NCBI GenBank assembly: GCA_002256025.1
Contig: NKIB01014012.1
Coordinates: 1 to 48,447, forward strand
Source of the DNA: Asterionella formosa
Lineage: Eukaryota
Length of the DNA stretch: 48,447 nucleotides
Direction: 5' to 3'
Under the pieces are notes generated by a model. The model saw only the letters and a list, made by a program, of their open reading frames with translations. It did not search any database and was not told the DNA's origin. The translations under genes and the position numbers were made by a program. Shown here piece after piece: positions 23,075 to 35,372 of the stretch (its first letter is position 1; each line of letters starts with the position of its first letter).

Positions 23075-25152
23075 AGTTATATACTGATTCTATTTGAAGG
23101 TTACCTATGTATCTAAATCGGCTTCAGACCCAGCCAACGTTGAGCTATCGATGTCCAAAAATTCGACAAAATCGGCCTTTTCTACTGTCTCCGAAATATT
23201 GGAATCAGAACCACTTAGCGCCGAAACGTCATCATTGGAATGGTAGTTTTGTGATGCAATTTTCAGTTGTAAAATTTCCAGTACCAAAAACTCCATTGTA
23301 AGTGCGCGCAGTATTATATATGTCATGATTGGTTATGGCAAAATACATGACTCCATTTGATTGTGAGAGGAATTGCAAACCCACACCGGTCATATTGGAT
23401 ACACATGTAACATTTTCCTTGGGTGTACCGGTAGGCCGGTTCTCTGCAAAAAAAGTGTCATGCCTGTAGGATCAAGGGTATCGTATGCTAAGTGGCACAG
23501 GATTTTCGAATATATAATAATTTTTGGATCAAAACTATGATCAAGGTATCCTATAACTATGTTGATTTAGTATTAATATTTTACCAACCTTGAAGTATAA
23601 TGAAAATAAGAACATTATCATCACACAATGTACATCAACTGATCAACAACATTTCTCATCAACATCATAAACCTTCTCATATTATTTTCAATTCTTGTGA
23701 TTGCCCGATGTAAAATATTATTACAACGCATCCTAAAATCAGCTCAACTCTATGCTATCATTTAAATTGTTTCATCGTAGCTAAATCTATGCATCCTAAA
23801 AATGATCATAATTCTAATCACAAGCATTGTTCAAAATAAATTGAAATGGATTGTAATTTAACTATCAAATTTAGCAATGCTATCCATTATTCTACATGCC
23901 AGCGACCCAACATTTCTCTCTACTCGGCTTTATGTATATTGTTCCTGTCTCGCCCTTTTCTTCCTCTTTTCTGAATCTCGTGCCAAGCAATGCCTTACTA
24001 ATGTTGCGTCTCTCTTCCTGCTGTTAGTGTCATTCTGAACTCGCCGACTGTTCCGTTGTTTGATCAGTTTTATTGTCCAATGCAGTTACAGTAACAAGGA
24101 GAAGGAATGACTTGTTAGCTAGACATGTTACACTGACACCACAACATCACGCCATTCCATCTTATCCTCTTGTTTGCTTCACTTACCACAGGCAAATCAA
24201 AGCAAGTGATGCATAAGTCTGTAATAGTAAATTGTCAGTAAATTGTTCATCAAGTAAGGTTCAGGTTTCCAATGTTGCCGAATAAAACTTACCGATTCAT
24301 TTTCGTAAGCTTAACTTTGAGAGAAGGTAAACGTGGCGTGTCCGTCAGTTATGTTCCATCAGAAGTGAATAAGTCAAATGACAAGAGCACTTACCAATTT
24401 TCTTTTGTTTTACATCGGTGCTCCCCAACAAGCGAAACAAGCTGTTGAATCAACTGAGAAAAAAGGACGAAATGTGCATTTAGTATACAATTTGTTGTTG
24501 TCCTGCCTCCCAACGATTGTCATCGTCCAAGTACCACATTGATGGCTTCATTACCTTAAACATACTCCACCCTTCGAAGGCGCAAGGTGTCGAAGCCACA
24601 ATGTTTTTCGTTATTGCGTAAACTTCCCTTTCTTGTCTTGTGCTTTACGATATTTCTTTTCATAAAGCAGGCATTGTTTGTTAACATGACAGAGCGATAT
24701 CAAATATATTTGCCATGTATATAATTATAAAATTTGTAAATATATAAATATACCTAGTGTCGTACATTTATTGAAATCAAAGGCACTCTCAATATGGAAC
24801 GTCTGGTATTGTTGAGATGGTCATATTTGCATATAGATAATTCGAAAATATTCAATGCACAATGTGTCCATTGTTTTCCACGACTTCGCGTGTACCGGTA
24901 CTGTTTCTGAAATTTGTTTGCATCAATATTTTCTACGTCCGTTGGAACTAATTATTTAGACCATTCAATAGGTGAACTACGTCATAACCCATTTGTATTA
25001 TTATTTATATGCAAGGATTTTGGTAGCAAATTTTTCAAGCCCCTTTTTGGGCGGGAGTTCTTCATGTGTATCGGTACATCATACGACAATAACATTTTAT
25101 CATATATATACCACAGAGTACCAGTAGCAGGTAGGAAGTGATATGCTGCGAC

Positions 25153-25590
25153 CAACAGAACACCATATGTTCATGACTGTTGCTACTGCCGTGGGACAGT
25201 AAATCATCATAGTTTTAGGATCGTATGATCATAAAATTGAAAAAGGATAGTCGGAGTAGTAAGCGAGCAACAGAGCACCATATGTTCATGATTGCTGCTA
25301 TTTCAGCGGGATATTAAATCATCATAGTTTTCAGGACTGTATGATCATAAAATTGAAAAAAGATAGTCGGAGTAGTGAGCGAGCAACAGAGCACCATATG
25401 TTCATGACTGTTGCTACTGCAGCAGAACATTAAATCATCATAGTTTCAGGATTGTACGATCGTAAAATCGAAAGAGGGTAGTCAGAGTAGTAAGTGAGAA
25501 ACAGAACACCATATGTTCAAGACTGTCGCTACTACAGTGGGACAGTAAAGCATCATAGTTTCAGGATCGTATAATCGTCTAATTGAAAAC
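25153..25590. repeat. Minisatellite, about 115-bp unit, about 3.8 copies
   Basis: Units start at about 25153, 25268, 25384 and 25499 (CAACAGARCACCATATGTTCA..ATCATAGTTT..GATC.TAAAATTGAAAA..TAGTCRGAGTAGT). Confidence 0.95.
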
Positions 25591-26449
25591 AAGATATGCT
25601 ATTACTCAAACTCGGTTCTGATTTTGTATATGATAATGTAAAAAGCACTGTTGGTTTTATGGTATCATATCTAGACAGCGTAAAATAATATATGTAGTGG
25701 CTAATGATTCATTTCATTGTAGCTTGCAACACCTGATTTTAAGATCATTGAACTTTAGAAAACGACAACAGTTATCTAGTAGTACAAGCAATGTCTTCAA
25801 AAAACCATAAAGAGGTTCATGGAAACAAGCGACATGTGGCAAATACTGCCGGTATGGAACAAAGAAGCAAGTACCAAAATGAGTTAAACTACCAAAATGA
25901 GTTAAACAAAGAAAAAGCGAATAGACAATTATCCAAAGGAACCCAATCGGCAACAGGGGTTTAGTGGGGGTACTACCCCATCGTCGAGGGGGACACCATC
26001 AGCTACTAGTACAAAAGATCCCGTATTTGATACTGAAAGCGATGATGAGCGACGTTTCTTTTTCAGTTGTTGATACAAGAAAAATGGCTCCTGTCGATGA
26101 TACTACCATTAAAAACTCCCAGATGCAGATGGACGACATGGTACCATATCATAAATTTTCTAATCGCACGGACCAACAAGTACATGACAAACGGAGGGAA
26201 AAAAATTTGCACTTGCCAAAGGATATTATCAAATGGTCAATGAACTCAATCACTACAAAGGTCGTAATTCGGTTCAAAACTCGTCCATACAAGGTTGTGA
26301 AGAATCTTCAATTTCAGCAGCCTTATCAGAACTTCGTTCCCGCTTAGCTAAAATTGAACCGAACTATCAATTGTAACAAAGGTTGTGAGTTTTATTTGCT
26401 TTCAAGACCAAGAAGTTTTGCTGTGAACATGTAAGTTTTAGGTTATCGT

Positions 26450-28135
26450 TTGCGAATTGCAGGTACTGTAAAAAAGAATATCAATCTAATGTGCTTTTTT
26501 CTGGTCCCAAAAAACAAGGCAATTTAGATTATATTAAATCAACATTTGGTGGCATGTGCATTAAAAAGTTGAGCTAGAGAATGTCAGAATGTATTGAATA
26601 ATCAATTTAAAGGAATCTTAGGTAAGTTCTTGCAGGGCGGGAGATGCTCTGAAAGCATGATGTTTTGAGTCGGTGATTATATTCTTATCAAATATTTTTG
26701 AACTAAAAATGCTAACATAATTCATGACACACCAGCTGGTCTAACAGAATCTAACTTCCAGACTATGGATATTGATGACTTTATTTGGTGGGCGTTCACG
26801 ATTTATTTTTTTGCGCAGTCAAAGGACATTGACAGAAAAAGCCATGGATACCAAGTCTGGCGTGATGTTCTTGCTCCGGTGTATTTTATAAGCAGGACAA
26901 GCCGTGGAGAACCATGTTTAACAGGAGACAAATCTGGTGTGACCACGCCAAATTTCAACTAAGTCTTTGGGCACAGTGTGAATTGCAAACACGTTTTGTT
27001 GGTTCGCTGATCAATGCCAGTACAGAAGCATTTTGCTTCTTGGTGCTGAAAGGAAAACTCCGATTGCAACAAAAATATTTGGGTTTCAATCCAGATACGC
27101 AGGAAATTTCAGTGAAGCAACGATATTCGTCATTCTACTGATTTTGTGGACATTGGTGGGAAACCACTTATCAAAAAGTGTGAGCAAGGGAAGAAAGTTC
27201 AGTTTCAAATGGTCTCACTGATCAATGGACTGATGATTTACTCTGTTATTATAAGATAATCTGCCTACACTGGACTTTCACAAAAGAATCGATCTGAATA
27301 TAGAAGGAATCCTAGTGGAACTGCTGGTGATACAGAATAGCACAACAAAATTTGTGGTTTCAGGGGTGGTAATGGATTATATCGATGATATGTTTGTCGT
27401 GATTGCCTGGTTTCAATTGAAGATGCTGATAATCCAAATATTGGATGTGAACGTCGTAAAGTGTCAGATGTTAAAAAGTTTGTAAACAAATTTCTTGAAA
27501 AAATGCATATCCCGATGGAAAATTACCATGTATCCCAACTGAGTATTGTGTCTCCCAATCTAATGGCAAATACGCAACAGCAAATGAGTGGTGCCGTGTT
27601 ATATCGCATAATCTTATTATGCCTGCACTTCTAAATCATTTTTTGGTGGTGACTTAGAAGGATTATTTGGTGTAACTCCATTTGAGGTTCTTCATCAATT
27701 AATACTTGGAATATTTAAGGACTTTTTGGAATCATTGTACAATTATCGGACTATCCCTGAAGAATGGACATATTTTTTAAAGAAAGAAAATTTCTAGATA
27801 TTCCAGAGAACATCTCTGATCAGACACGTATCACTGAAACAACAGACACTGCTTTTCTTGATCAAGAGCAACCGAAGAAACGGGCAAAGACCAAAAAGAA
27901 CACACGCACCAGTTACCAAAAATATCGACTCTACACAGGCAAAAATCAAAACCCAACACTTGTACCAGCACCAGAAATGTATTTTCGAAACTACATTACT
28001 ATACTTCGAACAAAGTGCTAGATAGTATATCAATAGTCATTTGGAAAGGCAAAGCGATCGTGATATTCCAAAAGTGTCATAGAGATCTGGGGCGGATGAC
28101 AGCTTTGTCAAAAATGTCAGGGCAAGAAAGCGACA
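26450..28135 (+). pseudogene. Plavaka-like transposase pseudogene fragments
   Basis: VLAPVYFI (about 26867); GDTE*HNKICGFRGG..VCRDCLVSIEDADNP..GC (27326-27450); GLFGVTPFEVLHQLILGIFK (27660-27719); LERQSDRDIPKVS (28041-28079); KMSGQE. Multiple stops and frameshifts; family assignment from recalled motifs. Confidence 0.7.
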
Positions 28136-28390
28136 TGAAAAAGAACTTGTAATCTGAGTCATTCTATAACTATTGTAGCTATGTGGACAGTAGTCTATTA
28201 CATTTTCGTATCTCCTTCTATGCTGAATCTCAATAGTAGATGTAGGGTTGTATCATGTGAGAATTGAAAATGTCAACGAGAACAAGTAGAATGTGTGTGT
28301 TTACGGGTTGATTGGCGAGATTGTAATGCTGGTGGTTGAGGAAACGGATTTACAATGTGCGCTGTGTGCGGAACCATTACGAGTTTGAAT

Positions 28391-29590
28391 GATTTCTTCT
28401 CTGTAAACTCTTAATTGAATGATTATGAACAAAGGTTCACTGGACATGACGATTACTCAAAGATATAATGATCACTTGACCAAAAATTGAAGACGTCGTT
28501 ATTGCAAACAATCATTCCACTTGTCATCGTTAGTATTTCGTTGTTGTTACAAAAATCAGAGTGATGATGGATGGAAATTACAAGCCAAATTACATTACTT
28601 CAGCTGGTACATTATCCTACCAAGAAATTCGAATACAGGAATCTAATAGAAACAATAAATATAATAATAAAATATATGTAGTCAAAAGAGTTTCCATTTA
28701 AATTACAAGGGCATTTATCAAAATTATTAGATGATATAACGAAAAATTATGATCAGATGATCACAATACTATGATGCATCATGGAAATATGATAGTTTTT
28801 ATTTGCAGACGAACGCAAGAGCTGTTGTTTCCAGTTGGGCTTTCCCAACAAGCTCTTCAACAGCACAGAACTTTTCTTTGCATTGACCAGTAACCAATTG
28901 GAATCGGTAAGTTCATTGCAGAACAAATGATGTCTGCATCACCAAATCCCAATCCTGCCTCATGATAACAACCCAAAATATACTGTTTGTTGATTGAAAA
29001 GTTTTTGCTTCAATTTCCTTATTTGTTATCTCACCATTGTCTTTGGTGTTATCGCTTCTTGCAAATTCAAGTTTAGCTATCACTTTCTGACAGGTCAGAC
29101 AGATGCTTTGTATTTCGCTTGCCAACGCAAAGTTCTCAGAAGACACAACACTCAACGGTTGCGGGATACAAAGATTTCTTCTCTGTATACTCTTAATTGA
29201 ATGATTATGAACAAAGTTTCACTGCACATGACGATTACTCAAAGATATAATGATCACTTGACCAAAAATTGAAGACGTCGTTATTGCAAACAATCATTCC
29301 ACTTGTCATCGTTAGTATTTCGTTGTTGTTACAAAAATCAGAGTGATGACGGATGGAAATGACGAGCCAAATTACATAAATAGCTGATACATTATCCTAC
29401 CAAGAAATTCGAATACAGGAATCTAATAGAAACAATAAATATAATAATAAAATATATGTAGTCAAAAGAGTTTCCATTTAAATTACAAGGGCATTTATCA
29501 AAATTATTAGATGATATAACGAAATATTATGATGAGATGATCACAATCCTATGATGCATCATGGAAATATGATGGTTTTTATTTTCAGAC
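28391..29590. repeat. About 420-bp near-identical direct repeat (28391-28810 and 29173-29590): duplicated end of element B
   Basis: Both copies run from GATTTCTTCTCTGTA.ACTCTTAATTGAATG to ATGAT.GTTTTTATTT.CAGAC with few differences, and bracket the Kolobok transposase fragment. Confidence 0.95.
28811..29170 (-). pseudogene. Kolobok/Mutator-like transposase N-terminal fragment
   Basis: SSENFALASEIQSICLTCQK ... FSINKQYILGCYHEAGLGFGDADIICSAMNLPIP ... KFCAVEELVG (with frameshift); matches the LAS.L...CxxC...IN...V....G.G.....C..L.LP pattern of this transposase family. Confidence 0.7.
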
Positions 29591-30029
29591 GGTACCATAT
29601 CCAGTGCGGGTACCAGTTGATTATCATCATTGGACATCATACATGTGGTAACTGGTACCACTTGTTGATTGCACTTTCAAATATTTGCCAAGCCGCCGGG
29701 TCGTATATAAGAAAAATATTCGTTGGTACATATACATACAGTGTTGCACAATGTCTACATATATATTTAGCTATTTCAAAAAGGAATCTATGTATGTATG
29801 CGCAAATTTCCACTGATTTGAATATTTCAAACGGAATCATGTCATTCAAAAATAGCTCCTATAAATTCTTTGTTCCAGGGAATTTCGGTAACCCTAAGCA
29901 ATATTTTAATTTTTGCCTTAGGGTTGAAATGCAGGAACCTTAAGTAATAAGCATCTTAATAAAATAATCGAAACTAATTTAACATATTTTCATACATTGG
30001 GTAAATGTATATAGTCTATCGAAATATCG

Positions 30030-32570
30030 CTCATCTAATAATTTTAATAAATGCCCTCCTCATAATTTAAAAAGTAACTCTTTTGACTATGGAAATTTAA
30101 TTATTATATTTATTGTTTCTTTTAGGTTCCTTTATTTAAATTTCTTGGTAGGATAATGTACCAGTTAAAGCAATGTGGTTTGGCTCATCATCCTCGCCAG
30201 TCGTCCTCACTCTGATTCTTGCAACAACAACAAAGCAGCCATGTCGACAGGAACGAGTGTTTGTGATAAAATCTTCATTTGTCGTTCAAGTCATCATATG
30301 TCTTCGATGAATCATCATCTACATTGCACAGTATGTTTGTACTATGCAATCCGTTAAGAGCTTGAAAAGAAATCCAATGAAAACGAAATGGCTCATCACA
30401 CACGACGAATATTTTTCCGGCTGGTCTGTCACCAGATCATCAATCAGTGTTACAACCTCAATCATAGGAAAACAACATCCATTATAGAACAGCACAATCT
30501 ACTTCTCCGTAACATCGTCTCTCTAACAAGAACGTAATACATCTAGAATTGAAACGCAGCATAGCAGGCGATATGCACAAAGAAGCATGGCTGAGACTGT
30601 CTATTTATAGTAACAGAGTGATTCTGGTTTCGTAATTTTCATGTCTCATTAGATTGTCTTTGTCATCGTTCTAGTTCCTTACCTTTTAAGAGAGAAGCGT
30701 ATTCTTTGATGTATCTGGAATATTTCAATGGATGGCAGCAGTTGGTATTAGACACAAACCTCGACAAAAGCACTAGTACCTTGTAGATGTTCATGAAAAG
30801 CGAGACACTTTGCTTGGCCTATCGCCCACCAGCCAGTCTATACTGCAAAAATGCAAGAAGCAAGCACAAGTTGAATGCACATTTATGGATTCAAGTTTCA
30901 GTAGTGCAACAATGTAAAATATTAGAAACCGGAAGTCACATTTCATCTAATTACGGTTTTCATTAGCTATACTAGTAGTATTGATTGAGAGGAAGCAATG
31001 GTAGAATGGCTGCCAAACGGGCGGGGGAAAACACAGAGAATCCTACTAATTTTTCTCCCCAATGATCCCAGACCCTTTTTGAATGTCACTTGCCACAGAA
31101 AATGTAGAACAGCCGCCATGATCTGTTGATTGTTGCTTTATGGTGCCACTGACCGAGATCTCCAGAAATCTCAATGAGTTGCTTGTTTCTTGACTTGAAT
31201 GCAAAAGGGATCGAAACCAGTGGAAAAATCAAAAGGGAACTAAAAATGCTCTGCAAACATCAGGACAATTGTGAAAGAGAAATGAAGGTTCTTGGGAGGA
31301 GAAGTAAAGGGATAATTGCTTCTGGTCTTGCGGGAACAAGAATAGATTGACCCAAACAATGTTGAGAAGGGCGGAATCAATTGATGGTAAGTCAAGAGCA
31401 AATGACTTTCATGTTCCTTGTCATGCATCCACTTCCTGAAATGAAGGATCTCAAGCAACACATGATGCGAAAAGCTGAAGTGACAATACAGCACGATGAT
31501 ACACCATGCGGCTAAGAATGAGTGAATATGATGGAGAAGGGCGGAATCAACAAGCTGTGCATAGCATCACGGTTTGTCAAGAGCAAATGCCTAGATGATC
31601 AATTTCTGGGATATTACAAATACGGAATGACTTGTCCCCTTTCAGTGATTCAATAGCTCCATTTCGATTTGGTGGCTGGCCAACCATCAATGTGGACAAA
31701 ATAAATCGGTAAGTGCTATCAGCCATCATTGGATCAATCCACAACTGTTAGAAAAACTGACACATATGTGTTGCTTCTTTCAGGATAATTGTAGACAAAC
31801 AGTATTTGTACATTACAAAGAGCAGTGTTGGAGCCCATTTATTGATCGATACTTTCTCATTCAATCTTCAACTGACACATACTTTTACAGAAATATGCAT
31901 CAGTTGCTTCCTCAATTTGTGGTAAGTGAAGGCAGATAGAAGCAAAATGCATGTTGTTGTGTAAGCAAAACATGAACAGCTAACAATGAATTGCTTCTCT
32001 TTGTTAGTATGGCTGATTGGAACAACGAAACGGATTCAATAGTAATAGGAAAATGCGTGAATGCAAGATCAGATCCGTCAGGAGTAAATGGAACAAAGCA
32101 GGGGAACACCGGCAAGGCAACCAGTACAACAACCTTCAGAATTGGATTGGGGGGAAGGTGGAAGTGAAAGCTGAAGCACCAATCATTGCGATGAGAGCAT
32201 TGTAGAACATTCTGTAGCCTCTCAAGATATAGAAACATAAAACCATTCTTAAATATAGTTCTAAATTTCGATCATTTTCATCCTATATTAGACAATGATA
32301 TCGATGAGAATTACGATCATGCTAAGATAGATGTATGACAAAAGTATACACATCATATGACCATGTTTAACTAATTCTATGATGCAATGGTATTATAACT
32401 ATGATATTGTCATCATACTTCAAGCTCGGTAAAAGTTTACTGCATGATCATAATTATATGATACATTGATCATATTTTTGATCGAAAAACTATCATACAT
32501 GTAAAAATCCTGTGCCACTTAGCGCACAGTACCCTTGATCCTATATTCATGATAGTTTTTATTTACAGAC
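30030..32570 (+). mobile_element. Unclassified TIR element B, copy 2 (inverted, left end truncated), carrying a degraded intron-containing gene
   Basis: Ends in ATGATAGTTTTTATTTACAGAC (32549-32570). Internal GTAAGT donors (about 31709, about 31922) and a CxxC segment (TEICISCF) are conserved with copy 1 (TDLCITCF, about 24230-24190 on -). Confidence 0.7.
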
Positions 32571-32619
32571 AGCAATACCACCCAATCAAAAGCGTCCTTC
32601 CCCATGTGCAGTATATCAT

Positions 32620-33661
32620 AGTTGTTATCGCCATTCACCAAAATGATTTCCTCCATGCAACCCTGTAATGTTAAGAAAGAAAAATATAATAGTTTGGGGT
32701 CAAAAAATTGAATGCTGCCTGCACTGCCTCTATCAAACTGTCAAAATCATCGTTAGATTCCTCAACGGAGTCCCATTGACCTGGCTAAAATGCCCTGAAA
32801 AACGATAGATCATTGATATTTAAATCAGAACTGTTTGCTGATTGCTTTGTCAATTGAATATCGCAGCCTTCAGCTCTTGCTGTTCGTAAGCTAGAAAGGA
32901 GCGTAATCAGAACCAAAATGGGTGGAGGCATTGCTTGCCACGATGTAGATATATTCGTTTGTTGCTTGTATATGGGCTACTTCTTTTGATCACAGGTAAA
33001 CCATTTTTCATGATCATGTCAGCATATGTCTGCTTGGTACCTCCTGAAAAGGATTTTTCTCATTGTCCCTGCTTGTCGATAAGTGGAAGTCCTTTGGGCT
33101 GCCAGCCACTTGGTGGCTGAACAAATGGCCAAATGCCAGTTTTAACATCAAACACATACACTTTGTTGTCGTCGAAATGTAGACGAGTTACAGAAGAAAA
33201 GAACATTACCTTTTCGATATGATCTTTATGTCTTCTTTGCCTTGTGGGAGCCTCCTCTCCATGAGCCAGATATATCTTCAACTTTTCCTCTGCAACACAA
33301 AACCAATTTTGATCTATTTGGACCTGCTGGTCGTAGAAGCCATCGTGATATCCTCCAAGCAGTCCGGATTTGAAGTCAATGTTAGGCGAAGGATGTTCTT
33401 GATCAGGATGGTTTCATTGTAAATGGCTAACTCAATACATAAAACGACTAATCTTACTCTCCTCGTCCGAAAAAGTCAGCTTCAGCGCAATTGAGTGCGG
33501 TCGAAATACATCACCTCTATTATCAAAAACTGTTAACTTGGGAAAGGCAAGCGCAGCTGCTTTTTTACGATATGTACTACACTTGCGATACGGGATATCT
33601 GCAATCGCTGTAATTATTTCCTCACCATTATATTTGAGACGACGGCCAGCCAAGAAGAATC
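32620..33661 (-). pseudogene. IS630/Tc1/mariner DD39D-type (plant/oomycete mariner-like) transposase pseudogene
   Basis: IPYRKCSTYR..AAAL, VQIDQNWF, IYL..GEEAP.R..HK.HIEKVMF..V.R....FDVKTGIWPF, SNASTH, DIQLTKQSANSSDLNINDLSFF. Frameshifts and stops; truncated by the gap. Confidence 0.85.
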
Positions 33662-34180
33662 NNNNNNNNNNNNNNNNNNNNNNNNNNNNNNNNNNNNNNN
33701 NNNNNNNNNNNNNNNNNNNNNNNNNNNNNNNNNNNNNNNNNNNNNNNNNNNNNNNNNNNNNNNNNNNNNNNNNNNNNNNNNNNNNNNNNNNNNNNNNNNN
33801 NNNNNNNNNNNNNNNNNNNNNNNNNNNNNNNNNNNNNNNNNNNNNNNNNNNNNNNNNNNNNNNNNNNNNNNNNNNNNNNNNNNNNNNNNNNNNNNNNNNN
33901 NNNNNNNNNNNNNNNNNNNNNNNNNNNNNNNNNNNNNNNNNNNNNNNNNNNNNNNNNNNNNNNNNNNNNNNNNNNNNNNNNNNNNNNNNNNNNNNNNNNN
34001 NNNNNNNNNNNNNNNNNNNNNNNNNNNNNNNNNNNNNNNNNNNNNNNNNNNNNNNNNNNNNNNNNNNNNNNNNNNNNNNNNNNNNNNNNNNNNNNNNNNN
34101 NNNNNNNNNNNNNNNNNNNNNNNNNNNNNNNNNNNNNNNNNNNNNNNNNNNNNNNNNNNNNNNNNNNNNNNNNNNNNNNN
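33662..34180. other. Assembly gap (N run)
   Basis: Run of N. Confidence 1.
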
Positions 34181-34760
34181 ACTGTAGTAGTGACTTCTTT
34201 AATTCCATTCAAGACTAACATGTGTATGAAAGGAATACCAGTAAATTGAACTCCATTGTCATGTATACGACGTTCTGAATGGGGATACTACCAAGCTATC
34301 AAATCATTTTCGAATTTCATTTCTATATATTCTGATGTTTTATTGTTGATATGTGAATTTTCTGCTAAATTGGCTGGTGATTGTGTCAAAACAAGTCAGA
34401 GCACAAGATTCAATCACTTGTGCAGTCAATGTTATTTTCCATGGGCCAATTAAATCCGCTACAACTCCTGACCATGGTAATAACAATGCATTCCTAGGTG
34501 GAAGTTTACCATAAGCCACACCAGATAATTTGTAGTATGTTGACACACTTCAGATGTGCTTGCAATATGCTCCACTTGTGCTTTTAATGTTGGATGATAA
34601 AAATGCGGAGATATTGTAGCGTTTAATCTTGTCATACTACCCACAGGAGCGAAATTACATCTGATGATGATACCAGCAATTAGGTGTGCAGGACAATGAA
34701 GTTTACAGTACATAATAGTTTTAAATGGTATCATATGATAGCTAAGCAAGAATAGGGCCA
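34181..34760 (-). pseudogene. Ty3/gypsy retrotransposon integrase remnant
   Basis: TRLNATISPHFYHP..CQ (Zn-finger region), YGKLPPRNALLLPWSGVVADLIGPW..ALTCFDT, YPHSERRIHDNGVQFTGIPF. Confidence 0.8.
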
Positions 34761-35372
34761 GGACAACCCAATCGAAATCGAAATCGAAAGCACTGTTATT
34801 CTAGCCATCGTCATGCACCACCATCATGAAATGATTGAAGAAGGAGGGGAGGGCTTGCGCTTTCGAGAATACTAAAAAACCACCAGCCAGCATGGCTGTG
34901 CAGGACCCATCCAGGACTTGACTGCGATGACTGTGCGTGCCGCCGTCCCTCGAAGCAAATAGCTAATTAGCAAATACAAGTACAAGTACAAGTACATACC
35001 GGTACATGTCCTCAATTATATGGGGTACCTGGTACCCTGGTAGTAGAATTTGTACATAGACTATTTTATTAAGGGCACCTGGTCGTACCAGGAATATCTA
35101 AAATGATGGTAATGTACTCGTCCGTGTACCGGTACCGGTATGTGATATCATTTCATATTTTTTCATTGTTATAGCTACCAGTATTTCAGTATTGGGTGTA
35201 CATACCGGTACCTGGTACCTGGTAGTCTACTCCGATATATACCTGGTAGAGTCTGGTAGACCTCTACATAGACATAGACTTATAAATAGTTTGCCGGTAT
35301 GTGAGATTTGCCCGTCGATAGCAGTCACACAACCATTTAATACATCGCATCTGTTGGAATTGCTTTTCAAAC

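Larger units (their letters stand above)
23442..28810 (-). mobile_element. Unclassified TIR element B, copy 1 (nested in the Kolobok-like element; contains tandem repeats and Plavaka-like debris)
   Basis: Left end CTCTGCAAAAAAAGTGTCATG..GGATCAAGGGTA..CTAAGTGGCACAGGATTTT; right end ATGATAGTTTTTATTTGCAGAC (28789-28810). Segments 23442-24700 and 28135-28810 align in inverted orientation with 31400-32570 and 30030-30650. Confidence 0.7.
22734..29943 (-). mobile_element. Kolobok-like DNA transposon (non-autonomous, with nested insertions)
   Basis: TTAA(22734-22737)+GGTTCCTGCATTTCAACCCTA ... TAGGGTTGAAATGCAGGAACC+TTAA(29940-29943): perfect 21-bp TIRs, TTAA TSD and RR..YY termini. Transposase N-terminal fragment on - at 28811-29170. 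Confidence 0.8.

Noticed and set aside
25153..25590. CRISPR-like array
   Set aside because: Whole 115-bp units are homologous with no unique spacers, there are no cas genes, and the context is eukaryotic.
28391..29590. LTR pair or KolobokP-type long terminal direct repeats
   Set aside because: No TG..CA ends, PBS or PPT. The repeats are internal to the Kolobok element and end in element B's TIR.
29889..29925. Telomere-like AACCCTAA/TTAGGG motifs
   Set aside because: Single units that form part of the Kolobok TIR and hairpin, not tandem telomeric arrays.
22734..29943. piggyBac assignment based on the TTAA TSD
   Set aside because: The termini are GG..CC (RR..YY) rather than piggyBac CC(C/T)..GG, and the internal fragment is Kolobok/Mutator-like.
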